This document shows, piece after piece, positions 12,916 to 25,169 of a stretch of 64,000 bases of DNA; position 1 is the first letter of the stretch; each line of letters begins with the position of its first letter. The position numbers and the translations under genes were made by a program. Origin of the DNA: Felis catus (lineage: Eukaryota); contig NC_058382.1 in NCBI RefSeq assembly GCF_018350175.1, positions 52,764,001 through 52,828,000 on the forward strand. Direction: 5' to 3'. Below the pieces are notes generated by a model. That model was not told the origin of the DNA and made no database searches. It was given only the letters and a program-made list of their open reading frames with translations.

Positions 12916-13180
12916 TTATATTATTGTGATAAATGTCAAATGTATATAAGAGAAGAAAGAATTGTACAGTGAACTGTGCACTACTCGATGCGCTACCTAG
13001 ATTTGGCGATCAGTGTTTCCCTGTGCTTGCATCTTACCCATTTGTCAATCCCTCTGTCCATCCATCCCTCTGTCCACCTGTCCCTCAACCCATTCATCAG
13101 TCCATCTTACTTCTTGATACATTGCAAAATAAGTTGCAGACATCAGTCACTTACTCCTAAACACTTACGCAGATGTATCA
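12916..13180 (-). mobile_element. L1MC4/5-like LINE-1 3' end fragment
   Basis: ttattgtgataaatgtcaaatgtata..gaattgtacagtgaac, cattgcaaaataagttgcagacatcagtcacttactcctaaacactt. Confidence 0.65.
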
Positions 13181-13284
13181 TCGTTGCGTTATTGAACTAG
13201 AGCTTGGGATTTGCTTCTGGTTTTATTGAGGGTGTGCTTCTTTGTTGTTGTTAATAATTAGAGTGATGTAATTATAAAATTATT

Positions 13285-13462
13285 AAGAGCCAACATTTAC
13301 TGAATACGGATTTTGTATCAGACGTTGCACTAGCACATGTGTTCTTATATTGTTACTTCCATTTTAAGATAACAGACACTGGGCCTTGAAGATATTATTG
13401 ATTGGCCTCAATTTACAGAGAAAGCAGATCACCCCTGGATTGGGGCTGACTCCAAAGCCAGC
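13285..13462 (-). mobile_element. MIR fragment
   Basis: ccaacatttactgaa, ccattttaagataacagacactggg, ctgactccaaagcc. Confidence 0.55.
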
Positions 13463-13489
13463 TGGCCTGCCTGCAACTCACAGTCATTT

Positions 13490-13665
13490 GAGTTAAAAAG
13501 CTTGGATTCAGTGCCCACCTCTGCCACTTACTGGCTGTGTGACTTTGGGCAAGTGAAGTAACCTGTCTGAGAGTCACATTTATCCAACATTAAAACGGGG
13601 ACGGTAATAACAATGCCACAGAGTTATTACTGATGACTGAATGACACAGTTAAACGCCTAGGAAA
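13490..13665 (+). mobile_element. MIR SINE
   Basis: ctctgccacttactggctgtgtgactttgggcaagt..aacctgtctgag..taaaacggggacggtaata. Confidence 0.8.
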
Positions 13666-14529
13666 ATTCCCGCCCCTTGAATGGTTCGCAATCTCACAAT
13701 TTCCGGTAGAAGATTCCAAAACCGTTAAAGTCTACAGAGCAAACTGTGTTACTCAAGCCAGTTTGGTTGGTGCTGCTGTTTGTTTTGTCCTCACTGAATT
13801 GTGATTTGATTCCATTTAAGCAGCACTCTGCAAACACAAACTCTGCTCTTCTCTGTCTCTTCACTCAACAATGTTATAATATCTAGAGGCTTATTGATTA
13901 TTTGTTTGATTCTATTGTGGGCACAGGAGCAGTTCTTAGATTAAGACTATTAGATTTTCCCAAACGGTATTGCCGTGGTTTATACAATTGGACGAAACGG
14001 GTGATGTAATTTGGACTCAATTTGCTCCAAAGTACAGCAGGAGGAAGGAGGTGCTGTGATTTGGTTCAGAGCCTGAAAACAAGTGGAAAAAGTTATCTCC
14101 AGGTGATATCTCTGTGCCTCATCAATTCTGGATATACTGCGTGAGCAGGTCTGAGAATCCAAAGCATTTTTTGCTTGGTTTCTTTTCTTTTCTATGAGCT
14201 AAAGAACCTAGCTTTACCTATCCAACTGAGATATTAAACCCACTGATATAATTTATTTTTCCACGTGAAATATCTCAGAAAAAAAAAAATAGGACCAGGT
14301 TGAGTTTTCTTGAGGCACTGGGTTAAGAGAAGATAATAGATATGCCAAAAACAAATTGCTTCCTGATAGCTGCTTTGGATGGAACCAAATGGAAAATGTT
14401 TCTTTTATTTCACTGTGCATCCCCCACCCCAGCATCCAAACATATTTTGGTCATACCAAGAAAAGGTTCAGTTCTGCGTTTTACCTTAACACTACAACAC
14501 AGTTCCAGGATATTATTGACTCTTCATGA

Positions 14530-14790
14530 ATATCATTTTTAATGATGGTTATAAATTCCATTTATTGGCTATTAGTGTAGTTTATTGAACCATTCCCCTA
14601 ATATTGAAAATGTAGATAGCTTCCAGATTTTACTTATTATAAATAAGGCTAAAAAGTAACATGTGAGTGTTTCCAACTAATAAATACAATATACAATATT
14701 CGACTATTTCCTAAGATTAGATTTCCAGAAGTGCAATTACTGACTCAAAGAGTGTATACTTTTTTAATAGGCTTAAATATATTGCACAGT
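14530..14790 (-). mobile_element. Old L1ME fragment
   Basis: tttattgaaccattcccctaatattg, gcttccagattttacttattataaataa, tatttcctaagattagatttccagaagtgcaattactgactcaaagag. Confidence 0.65.
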
Positions 14791-14824
14791 TATTTTAATG
14801 ACGTGTCAATATCATTGAAAGTGA

Positions 14825-15025
14825 TGGTTTGGGTTCAGAGCCCAGGTACCACATGGTCTTCTTTGGGGAAATTAGTGAACTGCTCTGTGCCTCGGTTTCC
14901 CCCTCTACCAATTAAGAAAAATAATACCTATTTCATAGAGATGTTGAGGATTGGATTTTAGTTCATATATATATAAAGCATGTAGAATGCATCTGGCACA
15001 TAGTAAGGTCTTAGTAAATATGATC
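14825..15025 (+). mobile_element. MIR SINE
   Basis: ctctgtgcctcggtttccc, ataatacctatttcatagagatgttgaggatt, taaagcatgtagaa..tggcacatagtaagg. Confidence 0.8.
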
Positions 15026-15649
15026 AGTTATTTTTATCAGTAACTACTGTTACTGCCTTAATGGAGGATCTGTGGAATACACAAAACTCATCCAGAGGCT
15101 CCCCTTGATCAACTGTTTCAATTTCTCCCGCTTTAGAACTTTCCCCATATTTACTCCCCAGCCCCTGAGATATCCCATGTGTGTTTCATCCTGTGTTCCC
15201 AAGCTTGGCTGCTTCTCTTAGCCCATCAATGCTGAATGGTATCTGGACATAAAGAAGCAAACTCATGGTCCAAAATATGTTCCAAGTGGATGAATATACC
15301 CCTGAACAATTAAGAAGTGATGACTCTTGGCCACCTCCACTTTCACAGTCAGTTGACCACAGGAAGGGGCAAGACGGAATCAAACAGATTTGACGCGTGA
15401 GGTTTGGGTGTGTGTTAGGTCCCCGCATCCATACACCCCATGTTGGGAGGAAGAGTCACTGTGACCATCAAGAGCTGCCTCAGGCTGGGTAGTGGCACAG
15501 AGCTCTGAATCTTTGGGTCTATAAAAGTGAGGGCAAGGGGGACATGTTGGGAGTGGCTTCACGTAAAAGGTCTTCTTGCTGTATCCGGGGACATAACGGC
15601 AACAGTAGGGCCAGGAGGAGGAGATAACAGCTTCCCCTCAGTCTTGTGT

Positions 15650-15878
15650 TCTTCTCATGTAGCACTTACCCCAATAAATTAAAAATGTGTGTGTGTGTGG
15701 GTGGGTGTGTGAGTGCGCACGCGCTTGTGTATGTGTTTACTCTCCCATTCTTCTGAGTTTTCTAAGAGCAAGGAACGGGACTTGCTCATTTCCTCATTTC
15801 TAACTCCTGGCATAGTGCATGGTCTGTAGGACATGGTCACGCGAGTGCGTGAGTGAATGAATGAATGAATGTATGAAT
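15650..15878 (+). mobile_element. L2 3' end with internal TG repeat
   Basis: gtagcacttacc, tgagttttctaagagcaaggaac, cctggcatagtgc, gaatgaatgaatgaatg tail. Confidence 0.6.
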
Positions 15879-16551
15879 AGGCTATTTCCAGGCTATCCAG
15901 AAACTATACCCCATGGTCCTACCCATACAGGCCTTATATAAGGACTGAGACCGCCAGCCCTGGACAGCGCTCTTTGCCTTGGGCGTGCAGTGTGGCAGGA
16001 CAGAAAGTGCCACTGCCGGCTGCCAAAGAAGCCAGGTTCTGGTGGTGGCCAAGCAGTTCCCAGCCAAGTTCTCGCCAATGTCGCAAAACGGGGCAGCAGT
16101 CTTAATTATGGAGGCAGTTGTGTCTCCTTGTTAACCCTCACCGGCAGAGGGACGGTGCGATGGCTGTGACTGGTTTCACATGTAAGCTTTGACCTCAGAG
16201 CAGTTGGGTGGCCTTTTCTCAAGGACCCTGTTGATGGTGAAAATAAACACTAGCCCCAGCTGCCAAGAAGGCTGATAACAGGAGAGCAGAATGTGTCTTG
16301 TCTTTCTTTCTTTCGTCTTTTTCTTCTTTTCTCTTTGCTTCTTCTTCTTTTTTTTTTTTAAACCATGCTCATTGGTTTTAGGAATCATTAGCATGGTAAA
16401 GATTAAAGCTATTGGAGATAGCACAGATTGTTTCATTTTATTATGTTCAATTGGATTGGATCCGAGCCATTTGCAAAGTGCAGTATTACCATAAGAAGGG
16501 ACTTAGAATGTTTGTCACATAATACCCCTTCCTGGAGAAGGCAGTTTCTTA

Positions 16552-16556
<5 letters not shown>

Positions 16557-16596
<40 letters not shown>
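16557..16596. repeat. Poly(A) run
   Basis: 40 consecutive A. Confidence 0.95.
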
Positions 16597-16598
<2 letters not shown>

Positions 16599-16859
16599 TT
16601 TGAAATAGAATGGCTTGCAAAAGTGCAAGGAAATAGAACTCTCTGTCCAGATGGGCTGCCTGGGACCTGGTGAGTGGCCCAGTTACCCTAGCCTTAGACA
16701 CTCCAGGGGACAAAGTCAAGGAAGTAAAACTCAGGGCTCCTGTCCTGCTCTTTCAACCGGAACCATTCTACTTTTATTTATCGTCCCTTGTATGACACCT
16801 GAGATGCTATTCATGACAAAAGGGTTTCCTGCGGCTTTAATAACAGCAACAAAATAGTA

Positions 16860-17160
16860 TGTTGAAGACATTATACTAGGTGAGAGAAGCCACTCAGAAA
16901 GGGCCGTATGATTCCATCTCTGTGAATTGTCCAGAGGAGGCAAATCTATGGAGACAGAAAGTGGATTAGTGGTTGCCTAGGGCTAAGGGCAGGGAGGGAT
17001 TGAGGGATAACCGTTAAGGGAATAGGATCCCTTTGGGGATAATGAAAATGTGCTAAAATTGACGTTGTATGACTCCGTGAATATACTGAAAACGATTTTA
17101 CATTTAAATGGGTGAATTGTATGGTATGCAAACTATGTCTCAATAAAGCTGTTAAAAATA
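16860..17160 (+). mobile_element. L1MB-like LINE-1 3' end
   Basis: tatgattccat, ggcaaatctatggagacagaaagtggattagtggttgcctagggct, tttaaatgggtgaattgtatggtatg, tctcaataaagctgtt. Confidence 0.9.
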
Positions 17161-17489
17161 GTATGAACGGGGTGATGTAATTCAACCAGTCTGATGCTCA
17201 CGTCCCCCAGATGTCCCCATTGAAGTTTGGACTGGGACAGAAACCCAGTTGTGGCCTGAGTAGCCCTTAGTGGAACTGACCAGCCCCCTCCAACCCAAGC
17301 GTCCTACTGCTGTTACTGCTCCCTTAAAGCCATGAGCTTTTTTGGTAGCCACATTGCCATGTTGGCTGTATTATTTAAGCTGATTCTTCCCTGCACTGCA
17401 ATACTTGTATGTGGTTCTCTGTCTTCCTCCAACCATCAATATGGTATAAACCTCCTGAGGACAGAATTTCCAGTTCACCGTGAGTGATA

Positions 17490-17705
17490 ATTTTTAAATG
17501 TTATTTATTTATTTTGAGAGAGAGAGCGAGCGAGCATGCACAAGTGGGGGAGAGGCAGAGAGGGAGGGAAAGGGAGAATCCAAAGCACGCCCCACTCTGT
17601 CAGTGCAAAGCCCCATATGGGGCTCGGTCTCACAGACAGTGAGATCATGACCTGAGTCAAAATCAAGAGTCAGATGCCTAACCTACTGAGCCACACAGAC
17701 AACCC
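17490..17705 (-). mobile_element. CanSINE with degenerate TSD
   Basis: Antisense body (gagatcatgacctgagtcaaaatcaagagtc..ctgagccac); acYgtgagtgat at 17477-17488 and 17706-17717. Confidence 0.93.
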
Positions 17706-17739
17706 ACTGTGAGTGATTTTTTAATAATATCAGTTATGA

Positions 17740-18000
17740 CTTCGTGCCCAGCATGGTACTTGTTGTCAAAAACATACAATGAATGAGACGTGATTCTTGC
17801 TCTAACTAGCTCACAGCTCGTTTGGGGAACACTCGTACTATCTACTGAAACCAGGGAAGATTTCAGCCAAGAGCTTATGATTAAGTGTTGAATGATACCT
17901 TGCACATCACCAAGTATGAATGCAGAAGAGTAAGACATTTTAGGTAGAAGGAACAGCATGGGGAAGGTCACTGAGCTAAGAAAAAACACAGTATGATACC
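17740..18000 (-). mobile_element. L2 fragment
   Basis: gtgcccagcatggtac, atgaatgagacgtgattcttgctct, acattttaggtagaaggaacagcatg. Confidence 0.6.
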
Positions 18001-18063
18001 AGAATCATGAGAAATTTGCTGAGAATTAACTTGAGCCCACAGTTTAGAAAGATTGTATATCTT

Positions 18064-18180
18064 GGACAGCCTGGCTGTCCCAATCGGTAGAGCACGTGAC
18101 CCTTGACCTTAGAGTTGTGAGGTTGAGCTCCACGTCGGGTGTAGAGATTACTTAAAAATAAAATCTTTAAAAAAAAAAAA
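18064..18180 (+). mobile_element. Short tRNA-Lys-like CanSINE (SINEC_old type, no CT tract)
   Basis: gcctggctgtcccaatcggtagagcacgtgacccttgacc..gagctccacgtcgggtgtagagattacttaaaaataaaatcttt followed by poly(A). Confidence 0.85.
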
Positions 18181-18229
18181 GATCATCTATGATATGCCAT
18201 ATCCAGAACTTTCATGGGGCAGTGCTTAC

Positions 18230-18730
18230 ATGTTAGCCATAATTCTTGGTGGCAATTAAAACTCGTTTATGACAAAAGAGAGTATGTTCATCGACATACT
18301 AGAAAGTCTTGGCATTAGTTGTGGCTTCAGGCAGGGCAGGATCTGTGGCTCAAATACATAACCAGATTATTAGTCTCTTTCTATCCTGTGGCTATGGTGG
18401 TCTCTTTGTGACTCAGTTCTGCATTCTTGTAGCTGGTGGGAGAAATGGCTGCCTGAGGGACCAGAACCTTGTTCTCATGCAATATTAGTAATGGAAGAAA
18501 GGGACCTTGCTCTCAGAATATATGCATCCCAGGGAAGATTCTAGTCCAGTTTAGATCATGTGCTTTGTCTCTGAACCAATCACTGCGGTCAAGAGACAGG
18601 TCATTTAATTAGCTGACCAAGGTGATGTGTGGAAAGGGAATAGAACGCTCTGACCCACAGAATCAAACAGAGTAAAGTATGCTTCCTAGAAGAATAGAAG
18701 GAAAAGGAAGGACCAATGTGCCGAATAGGA
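18230..18730 (-). mobile_element. Old MaLR LTR, MLT1J/K-like
   Basis: ggcttcaggcagggcaggatctgtggctcaaa, aaatggctgcc, gatcatgtgctttgtctctgaaccaatcactgcggtcaag. Confidence 0.65.
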
Positions 18731-19279
18731 AGAACTATAGTTGGGTTAGCCCCTGTATCCCCTAGGATGTTTTTCTATTTTCAAGTTCGGGCATTAAGCT
18801 ACATGTTTGGTGTCTTATTCTTGTGATTTTGCGTTTCAAACCTTAGCTGAGGATTTTACGCCATGCGTGTTCAACTCCAATCCAGTCGCTTATTAACAAA
18901 AGAGAATGTATGCCTTTTTCCTCTTTTAACAACCCCAGTTTCCTCATCAGTGAAATCAGGGTAATGGTGGGGACATGGTGAAGGTCCATCAGGAAAGCCA
19001 AGCACGCCCTCAAAGCGCATTACGGTTCTTCCCGGGCCAGGCCGAGTTTATCCACCTGCTGTTGACGTAGGAGCTTCTCCCTCTCCCTGTCCATTCGGCA
19101 GACTGATCAGACGGAAGGTCGCCCCTTACACCCAGCGGCCCCAGACCTCTCAGGAGAGGGCAGGTTGCTGCCCGCGTGCCAGTGAGGAGCCAGCTTGGGG
19201 CAGGTGGTAGAACCACATCGTTTCCAGATGAAACAGGGCTCCCTGGACATCAGCTGCCATGCTTGAAGGGGCGTGCAGA

Positions 19280-20345
19280 CAAAGAGCCAAATTTAAATTC
19301 ATGTAATGTTGCTGTTTGTAACATTGAATACTTAAGACATCTGCTCAAAGTCTCGCATTATAAATGAATGGAAAGGATCCAGGAGTGCTTTATTAGATGG
19401 GAGCCGTTAAGTGAGCGCCACATATTTCAAAGCAGGATCTTAATCAGACATTATTTATATCTGTAATATTTTACAAATTAAAAGCAGTAGAAATAGTCAC
19501 CGGAAGGATGTCAGCAGGCAGGGGTGAAAAAAAAAAAAAAAAGAACCTGAAGCCTACAAGAGAGAGGCTGATCATCTCTGGGGGCGGGGGTGGGGGAGGG
19601 TGAAAAAGTAGCAAATTTACCGTCATTGGCAGGTGTCTAAATGTTCCATTTAAATTAAATGGCACATGTCACAAGGCAGCATGGGCATTGCGCATCCCGC
19701 CCTGCGCTTCTGTTTCGGCCAGAGAGCCTATTTTTCTTCCCCTCTCAGCTCAGCCACCGTCTCCTCCCTGACACTGGGTCACCCAGGGCTCCTACTTTAT
19801 TATTTCCTTTTACTTTAGTTCATTATGCTCTGTGATTCAGTGGAAACATAAAAAATGGTTCTTAATTTTAATTAATGGCAAACTTAGAACAGGCCCATTT
19901 AATAAATCTGTTCTCTGAACTTCACAAGTCTCTTCCCCGGCAAGGGCCTCCTGTCATTTTATTAGTGCCAGAACCTCCCAACCGAACGGCTGAGTAATTG
20001 ACAAAAACTGCAGGTAAGGCAGGAGACACGTAATTGATTCGTACGATGCCTTCCGCAGAACGCACTGAAGAGTTAATTATTTTTCCTGCAGTTGGGACTC
20101 AGCTGTTGTTTCCACTGGGATTAAACAGCTGTCAGCATTGTTAATGACATCAAATTCATGCATTAAAATCCTCATTCCCTTGCCATATAAAGTGGGGTTG
20201 CAGAAATCTCTGCCACATCCCCCTTTATGAAGGAGTGAAAATTCAAGGAAAGATAACGGCCCTTATTACAAAACCACAGACCGGAGCTTGTGTTGATGAA
20301 ATCTCGTAATGAGTAATTAAGCCGCTTTGCAAAAGTCGGGCTGTC
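19280..20345. promoter_or_regulatory. Candidate conserved non-coding element / enhancer
   Basis: No recognisable repeat; dense TAAT/ATTA cores; CTGTCA directly adjacent to TTTTATTA (19951-19964). Motif-based only. Confidence 0.45.
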
Positions 20346-22249
20346 ATGTTGGCATTTGGGTACTTAGGTTCCTTGGTGGAAACAGCTGGATAGACTGGGA
20401 AGGTGATAAAGGAAGAAAAATAGAATTTTTCTCAAATGATCTCCCCCCCCCCTTTTTTTTTTAAACAACGCAAAACAGTTACTAAATAATTAACTGAAAA
20501 TGAACTTTTGTATCTTTTTAAAGTGTCTGCTGATTTCTTCAAACATCTGTAACACTATGTCTGATGAATCGAAATGAAAGGCTCGTGTCGCCTTTTTTGG
20601 GGGGGGGGGTATTTTTCTTTCTGTCTCGATCTCCCACATTGTATGAGAACAAACTTTAGGGGTTTGTTTCTGTTTGCCTTGTCTTGCTTTGCTTAGTTTT
20701 GTTTCTTGAAGCATTTTCTTAGCACATGAAAGTCCAAACCTTGAGTTTGACTGGGCGATCTGTCCCCGAGGAAAAAGTAAATGAAGGTATGTCTGCCTGT
20801 CTTGCAACACAAATCCCTATGCAAGGACAGAGTCAGGGGTGAGAAGGCAGGAACAGCACCAGGGTTTAGAGCTGAGGGCCCCCACTTCCCCTGGTAGACA
20901 GAATTGGGTATTTTTCTGTCTCCAACTGAGGAAAAATATACATGTGTAGACTTTCATGTTTCCCTTCAGCCTATCTGTTTCATGAAACAAGATCAACCCT
21001 AGGATTATTTCAGGATAACTGTTCTTTTTCCCTGGCAAGGCAAAACTCACCCAAACGGCCATTTCGAACGTTTAAAATTATGTTCTAAAAATCTTTCCCC
21101 TTTCCCAAAACATCTGGCAGTCCAAAAGTGAGCTCTCCCCCACTTCGGCACCTGAGGGTAGGGCGCGATGTCACAAACCGAACAGTGATTAGCAGGGCCC
21201 CTCAACTTCCTTAATACCAGGATGCCGAGAGAAGGGCAAGAGGCAAGACAAAATCATCAGAGGGCCCATTCTTTTGGATTCCTGTTAGAGCAAAACCATC
21301 GCAAAGGAACTCCTAGAAACGCAGAGGCAAAGCAGTTAAATAACTAACTACCTCCCCGCCCAGATAATAAAATGGGAGCATTTCATGTGTCACATCCATA
21401 CCCATCTTAATTGGACGGCTCGCGGGTTCTCTCCAACCCCTGCCTTGTACTGCACGAGCTTTCTGGAGTCTTAGCAAAGGAGGAATCACTCAGACTTAGG
21501 TGTTCGGTGAATGAGGCTTCCTTCTCCCCAACTGGCTCCCAGTGCGAGCTGATAAATCCATCTTGGTTCTGATCATCAACCAAACAAGCCATATTTTTTT
21601 TTTTAGCAGTATCATGTCATGACGCACCAGGAATCATCTCAGTTTGGTTTTTGATTAAGCCAAAGCCTGATACTCCTGACTCAGAGACAGCATCACCCGA
21701 TGGAAATCGCTCGGCCTCTATGGCCAAGGCCATTTGCAGTTACAGCATGGCCAAACCCCGAGGCCCACGCTCGCTCTCTGGTGTCGGGTCCCCCAGCTCA
21801 CCGCCTTTTGGAGTGGGACGTTGAGGGCGTAACCTCCCAAGGCCTGCAACCCAGGCCGGGAAGCAGGGACAATTTATTACCCTGGCTTCCCGTCCGCGAG
21901 AGGCCTGGGGAGGCCTTGAAATTCGCAGCTGCAAGTCAAATTCCACCAGCGCAGTCACGAAATTTAATGAGGCCTCTCCGGACTCAAAGAGAGATGGACG
22001 TTTCCAGGCTCGCTGGCTCCTCTCCGCACCACCCCCCACCCCCACCCCCATGAGACCTTCCTGCAAAGGCCTCCAACACTGGCATGGCTGGGTCTCAGGC
22101 ACTTGACCTCCTCCTGACTCTTTAGCTGCCAGTTTGGGAACCTTTGAGAACCCTTCTCTCTGGAGACGTCGCTTCCTTTCAATGGCGCCTTTGGCCAGTT
22201 GCCCGCTCCGGGGTGCTGTAACCTCAAGGGATGTTATCTCCCTCAAATA

Positions 22250-22370
22250 CAAATTTGAAGATTTTGTCTTCCGTTCTTCCTGGTGTATCCTTGGATGTCC
22301 TGCACAGTGACTGACACAGAGAAGTCACTGATCATTGTGTGGTTTTTTTTTGATGAATGAATGAATGACT
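22250..22370 (+). mobile_element. L2 3' end
   Basis: ttttgtctt..tgtatcctt..gcacagtgactgacacagagaag..gatgaatgaatgaatga. Confidence 0.65.
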
Positions 22371-23949
22371 AAGGGCTTTTTTTCCTTGCAAAACACCTTG
22401 CACGCTTTAATCTAGCCATCATCTTGTGAAGCACACCTACTTCTTTCTGATCTGCATTTTTAGGTAGTTTTGAAATGAGAACCAATGAGGCTGCTTTAGT
22501 TCTGGTACGTCCTGTCCTCACGCACTCCCAGCACCCAGAGCCGTGCGGTCAGAGTCTCAGATCCGGAGCATGTGATGTGCGTGGGCCTGTGATTAATAGA
22601 GCCTCGTGGCACGCAAGCCGCGCAGCCTGGGAGGCCAACCGAGCAAGTCATTTCTAAAGAAGGGACCCACAGGGCGGAGAATGGGCTGTGCCACGCAGTG
22701 GAAAGAGACAGAACATGCATACTTGGCCACTGGAGGGCCATTTTGGTCCCGAGGAGCAAGTGAGGTCAAGGATCTACGTCGGGAATCCTCAGCTTGCGAG
22801 CGTCAGGGCCTCAGCCCCTCCAGGCGTTAACATCCGCACCAGTCAGAGGGCTCCTGGATTAGCGTGACACCGACATAAACGAACACAAAGACAACATACC
22901 TGCGGTGTCCTGGGGGAGAGGTAGGGGGTGCTCGACAGCTAGTTCTTTTCTCTTCCTGTAACCTGCACGTGCACTCCCCCCCCCACCTTCTACCCTGCAC
23001 CCTGTTCTTTATCTGAGGCCCACCGACATAGAAGTGCCTGGCTGGGGTTCCACACCTCTCTTCTTTTTGCTGGTTTTGTTTTCTCGAATGTAGCACACAA
23101 GCCCTTCGGGGCACTTTCCCCTGGTCTGGGAGAGTCCGGTGTTCACGGGGGCTCACGTACGTGTCAACCCAGCAGCTCTTTTGCTGCCTTTGGGCAATTA
23201 TGTAAGAGCTGTTGATCCTTCTCTTGCCCCCGTAAGTGAGCGAGTGGTATTTCAGGTACCCTGTACATCTTTGAATCAAGAGGTTGTTTTGAATTGCTCC
23301 TTTTGGTGAGATGCAGGCAAGTGGGCCAGGACTCAAGAGCTCCGGAAGGAGGAGGGAGGAGCTTGGCGTTTGTCAGAAACGTACAGCCCTGGAATGCAGA
23401 TGGCCTCCCTTGGGGACCTGGGCTCCTTGTAGGATCCTCAGAGGGCCTGGAATCCTCCAGATCGTATTCATGTGCCTAATCAGTTCTGACCACAAAAGCT
23501 CTTGGAGTGGCCCTGTGTCTGCCCTGGCCCCCTAGATACATCAAATACCAGGAGCCTTAAGGACCTTAGCTAAATGAGCCCGCCCCCCACGCCCCCCATT
23601 TTATTTTTCCATCCTTGAACCCCACTCAGACCTCCTTTCTGCATTTGGGGCAATTTCTTCATCCCTGTTTCTCGGAGGGGCTTAATATACAAATTATACA
23701 TGAACAAAGGTGGTAGGAGTGAGGGGACAGAAGGACCTTGGTGAAGGCAGAGCCCAAGGGAGAGCTTAGAGGGAGGGTAAGCCCAGCAGAGGGCGAGGGC
23801 GGGTGCGTGGGCTGCCATGACCTGCCCGACCACCTTGGGGGCTCCGTTGCAGGCACACTCTCCCATCTTACCCTCGCAGCTCCCCTCTGGGAAGCAGCAG
23901 GCGCACTACCAGTATAAGCGAGGAAACGTGAGGCGCGTTTGTGTTCCTA

Positions 23950-24643
23950 TATATATTTTTTAAGTGAGGTGAAATTCACATACCGTTCAAACGAACCATT
24001 TGCAAGCAAACAATCCATGGCAGTTAGTACATCCACGATTTTAGGCAGCTGCCACTGCCTATCTACAGGGAGTTCCAAAATAACCCCTCACCCTGCAGTA
24101 ACCTGGGTACCCATTCTTGCTTCCTCTCGGCCCCTGGGAGCCTGCAGTCTGCTGTCTGTCTCTATGGATTTGCCTTTTCTGGACATTTCATATCAATGGA
24201 AGTCTACAACAGGTGGCTTTTCAGATCTGTCGTCTTCTACGTCTTCTAGCGTCTTGAAGGTTCATCCACGGTGTGGCATGCATCGAAACTCCATTCCTTT
24301 TTGTGGCTGAACGCTATTCCGTGGTATGTTGGTACCACATTTTGACCATCCATTGATCCACTGATGGACATCCGTGTTGTTTCCACCTTTTGGCCGTTGT
24401 GAATGATGCTGCTGTAAACACGCACGTCCAAGTGTTTGTTCCCGTCCTGTGTTCAGTCGTTCGGAGGACAGACTTAGGAGTGGCATCTACCCAGTGCTCG
24501 ATCCTTTGGCCATCCCATCCTTCACTTTTCGATGAATTATCACACTGTTTTCCACAGCAGCCGAACCGTTTGCACATCCCCCCCCCCCCCAGCAACATTC
24601 AAAGGGTTTAGTTTGTCCACGGCCTCTCCAATGCTTGTTTTTC
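23950..24643 (-). mobile_element. L1MB-like LINE-1 (ORF2 C-terminus plus 3' UTR)
   Basis: gaggtgaaattcacata 3' end; tgtctctatggatttgccttttctggacatttcatatcaatgga; ORF 24314..24598 contains TCVFTAASFTTAKRWKQHGCPSVDQWMVKMWY, resembling L1 ORF2p MFIAALFTIAKTWNQPKCP. Confidence 0.92.
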
Positions 24644-25169
24644 AGACGTCTCCGAGACAAGGAACGGTGCCCATTTCTCAGGACATGTGCAGGCATGCGT
24701 GGAATAGGAGATGTTGAAGAACCTGGGAGGTCCCTGGTGGCCCACAACTTCTGTCTCTCTTTCTTTCTTCCCTGTGGAAGCAGCACTCGGTGTCTTCCCA
24801 GGTCGGCTGTATTGGTGATGTTTGCCTTCATCCAAAAGATGCAATTGATAACTGGAGGTAGAGTCGGGGGTTAGTCAACGTGTGGGCGCCCCGTCCCCGA
24901 CTCCCACCCCAAATCCGTGCCAAACTATAATTGTTCTTCGCCTTTCCAAGCATCTGGGTGATCAGTTTTCATTTTGAAGTAGGTCATCTGAGCTCCATTT
25001 CGCAAATGGAGAAACTGAGGCAGAGTTTGCCAAACATGGCTCATTTCCCTTGGCATTGCCATTTTTTGAACTTTACGTAAACGCTTTCGCTGCTAAGTTT
25101 GTGCCAACAGCATCACTGGAATTGTTTTTAGTTCTCTTGGCTCTCACCAAGTCTACACAATGCCACTCG

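Noticed and set aside
15932..15943. Palindrome CCTTATATAAGG as a CArG or TATA box
   Set aside because: It has eight A/T bases rather than the six of a CArG box, and there is no other promoter evidence.
16557..16596. A40 (and T28 at 11242) as a retroposon tail
   Set aside because: No element body or convincing TSD is adjacent, so it is treated as a homopolymer.
20014..20091. Apparent 78-nt intron (cag|gtaagg ... ttttcctgcag|)
   Set aside because: There is no open exon frame or other exon support on either side, and isolated splice-like motifs are expected by chance. Spliced RNA-seq reads would be needed.
24246..24598. L1 ORF2-like peptide as a functional gene
   Set aside because: It is a short decayed fragment of an ancient L1 with no RT or endonuclease domain.
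24993..25011. Short hairpins (also 61333-61351) and the palindrome aggaaacgtttcct at 38428-38441
   Set aside because: Arms of 7-8 bp are expected several times by chance, and they are too short for a pre-miRNA.
25143..25155. 13-mer ctcaccaagtcta shared with 61777-61789, near two candidate CNEs
   Set aside because: Many 13-bp matches are expected by chance within 64 kb, and the flanks do not extend the match.
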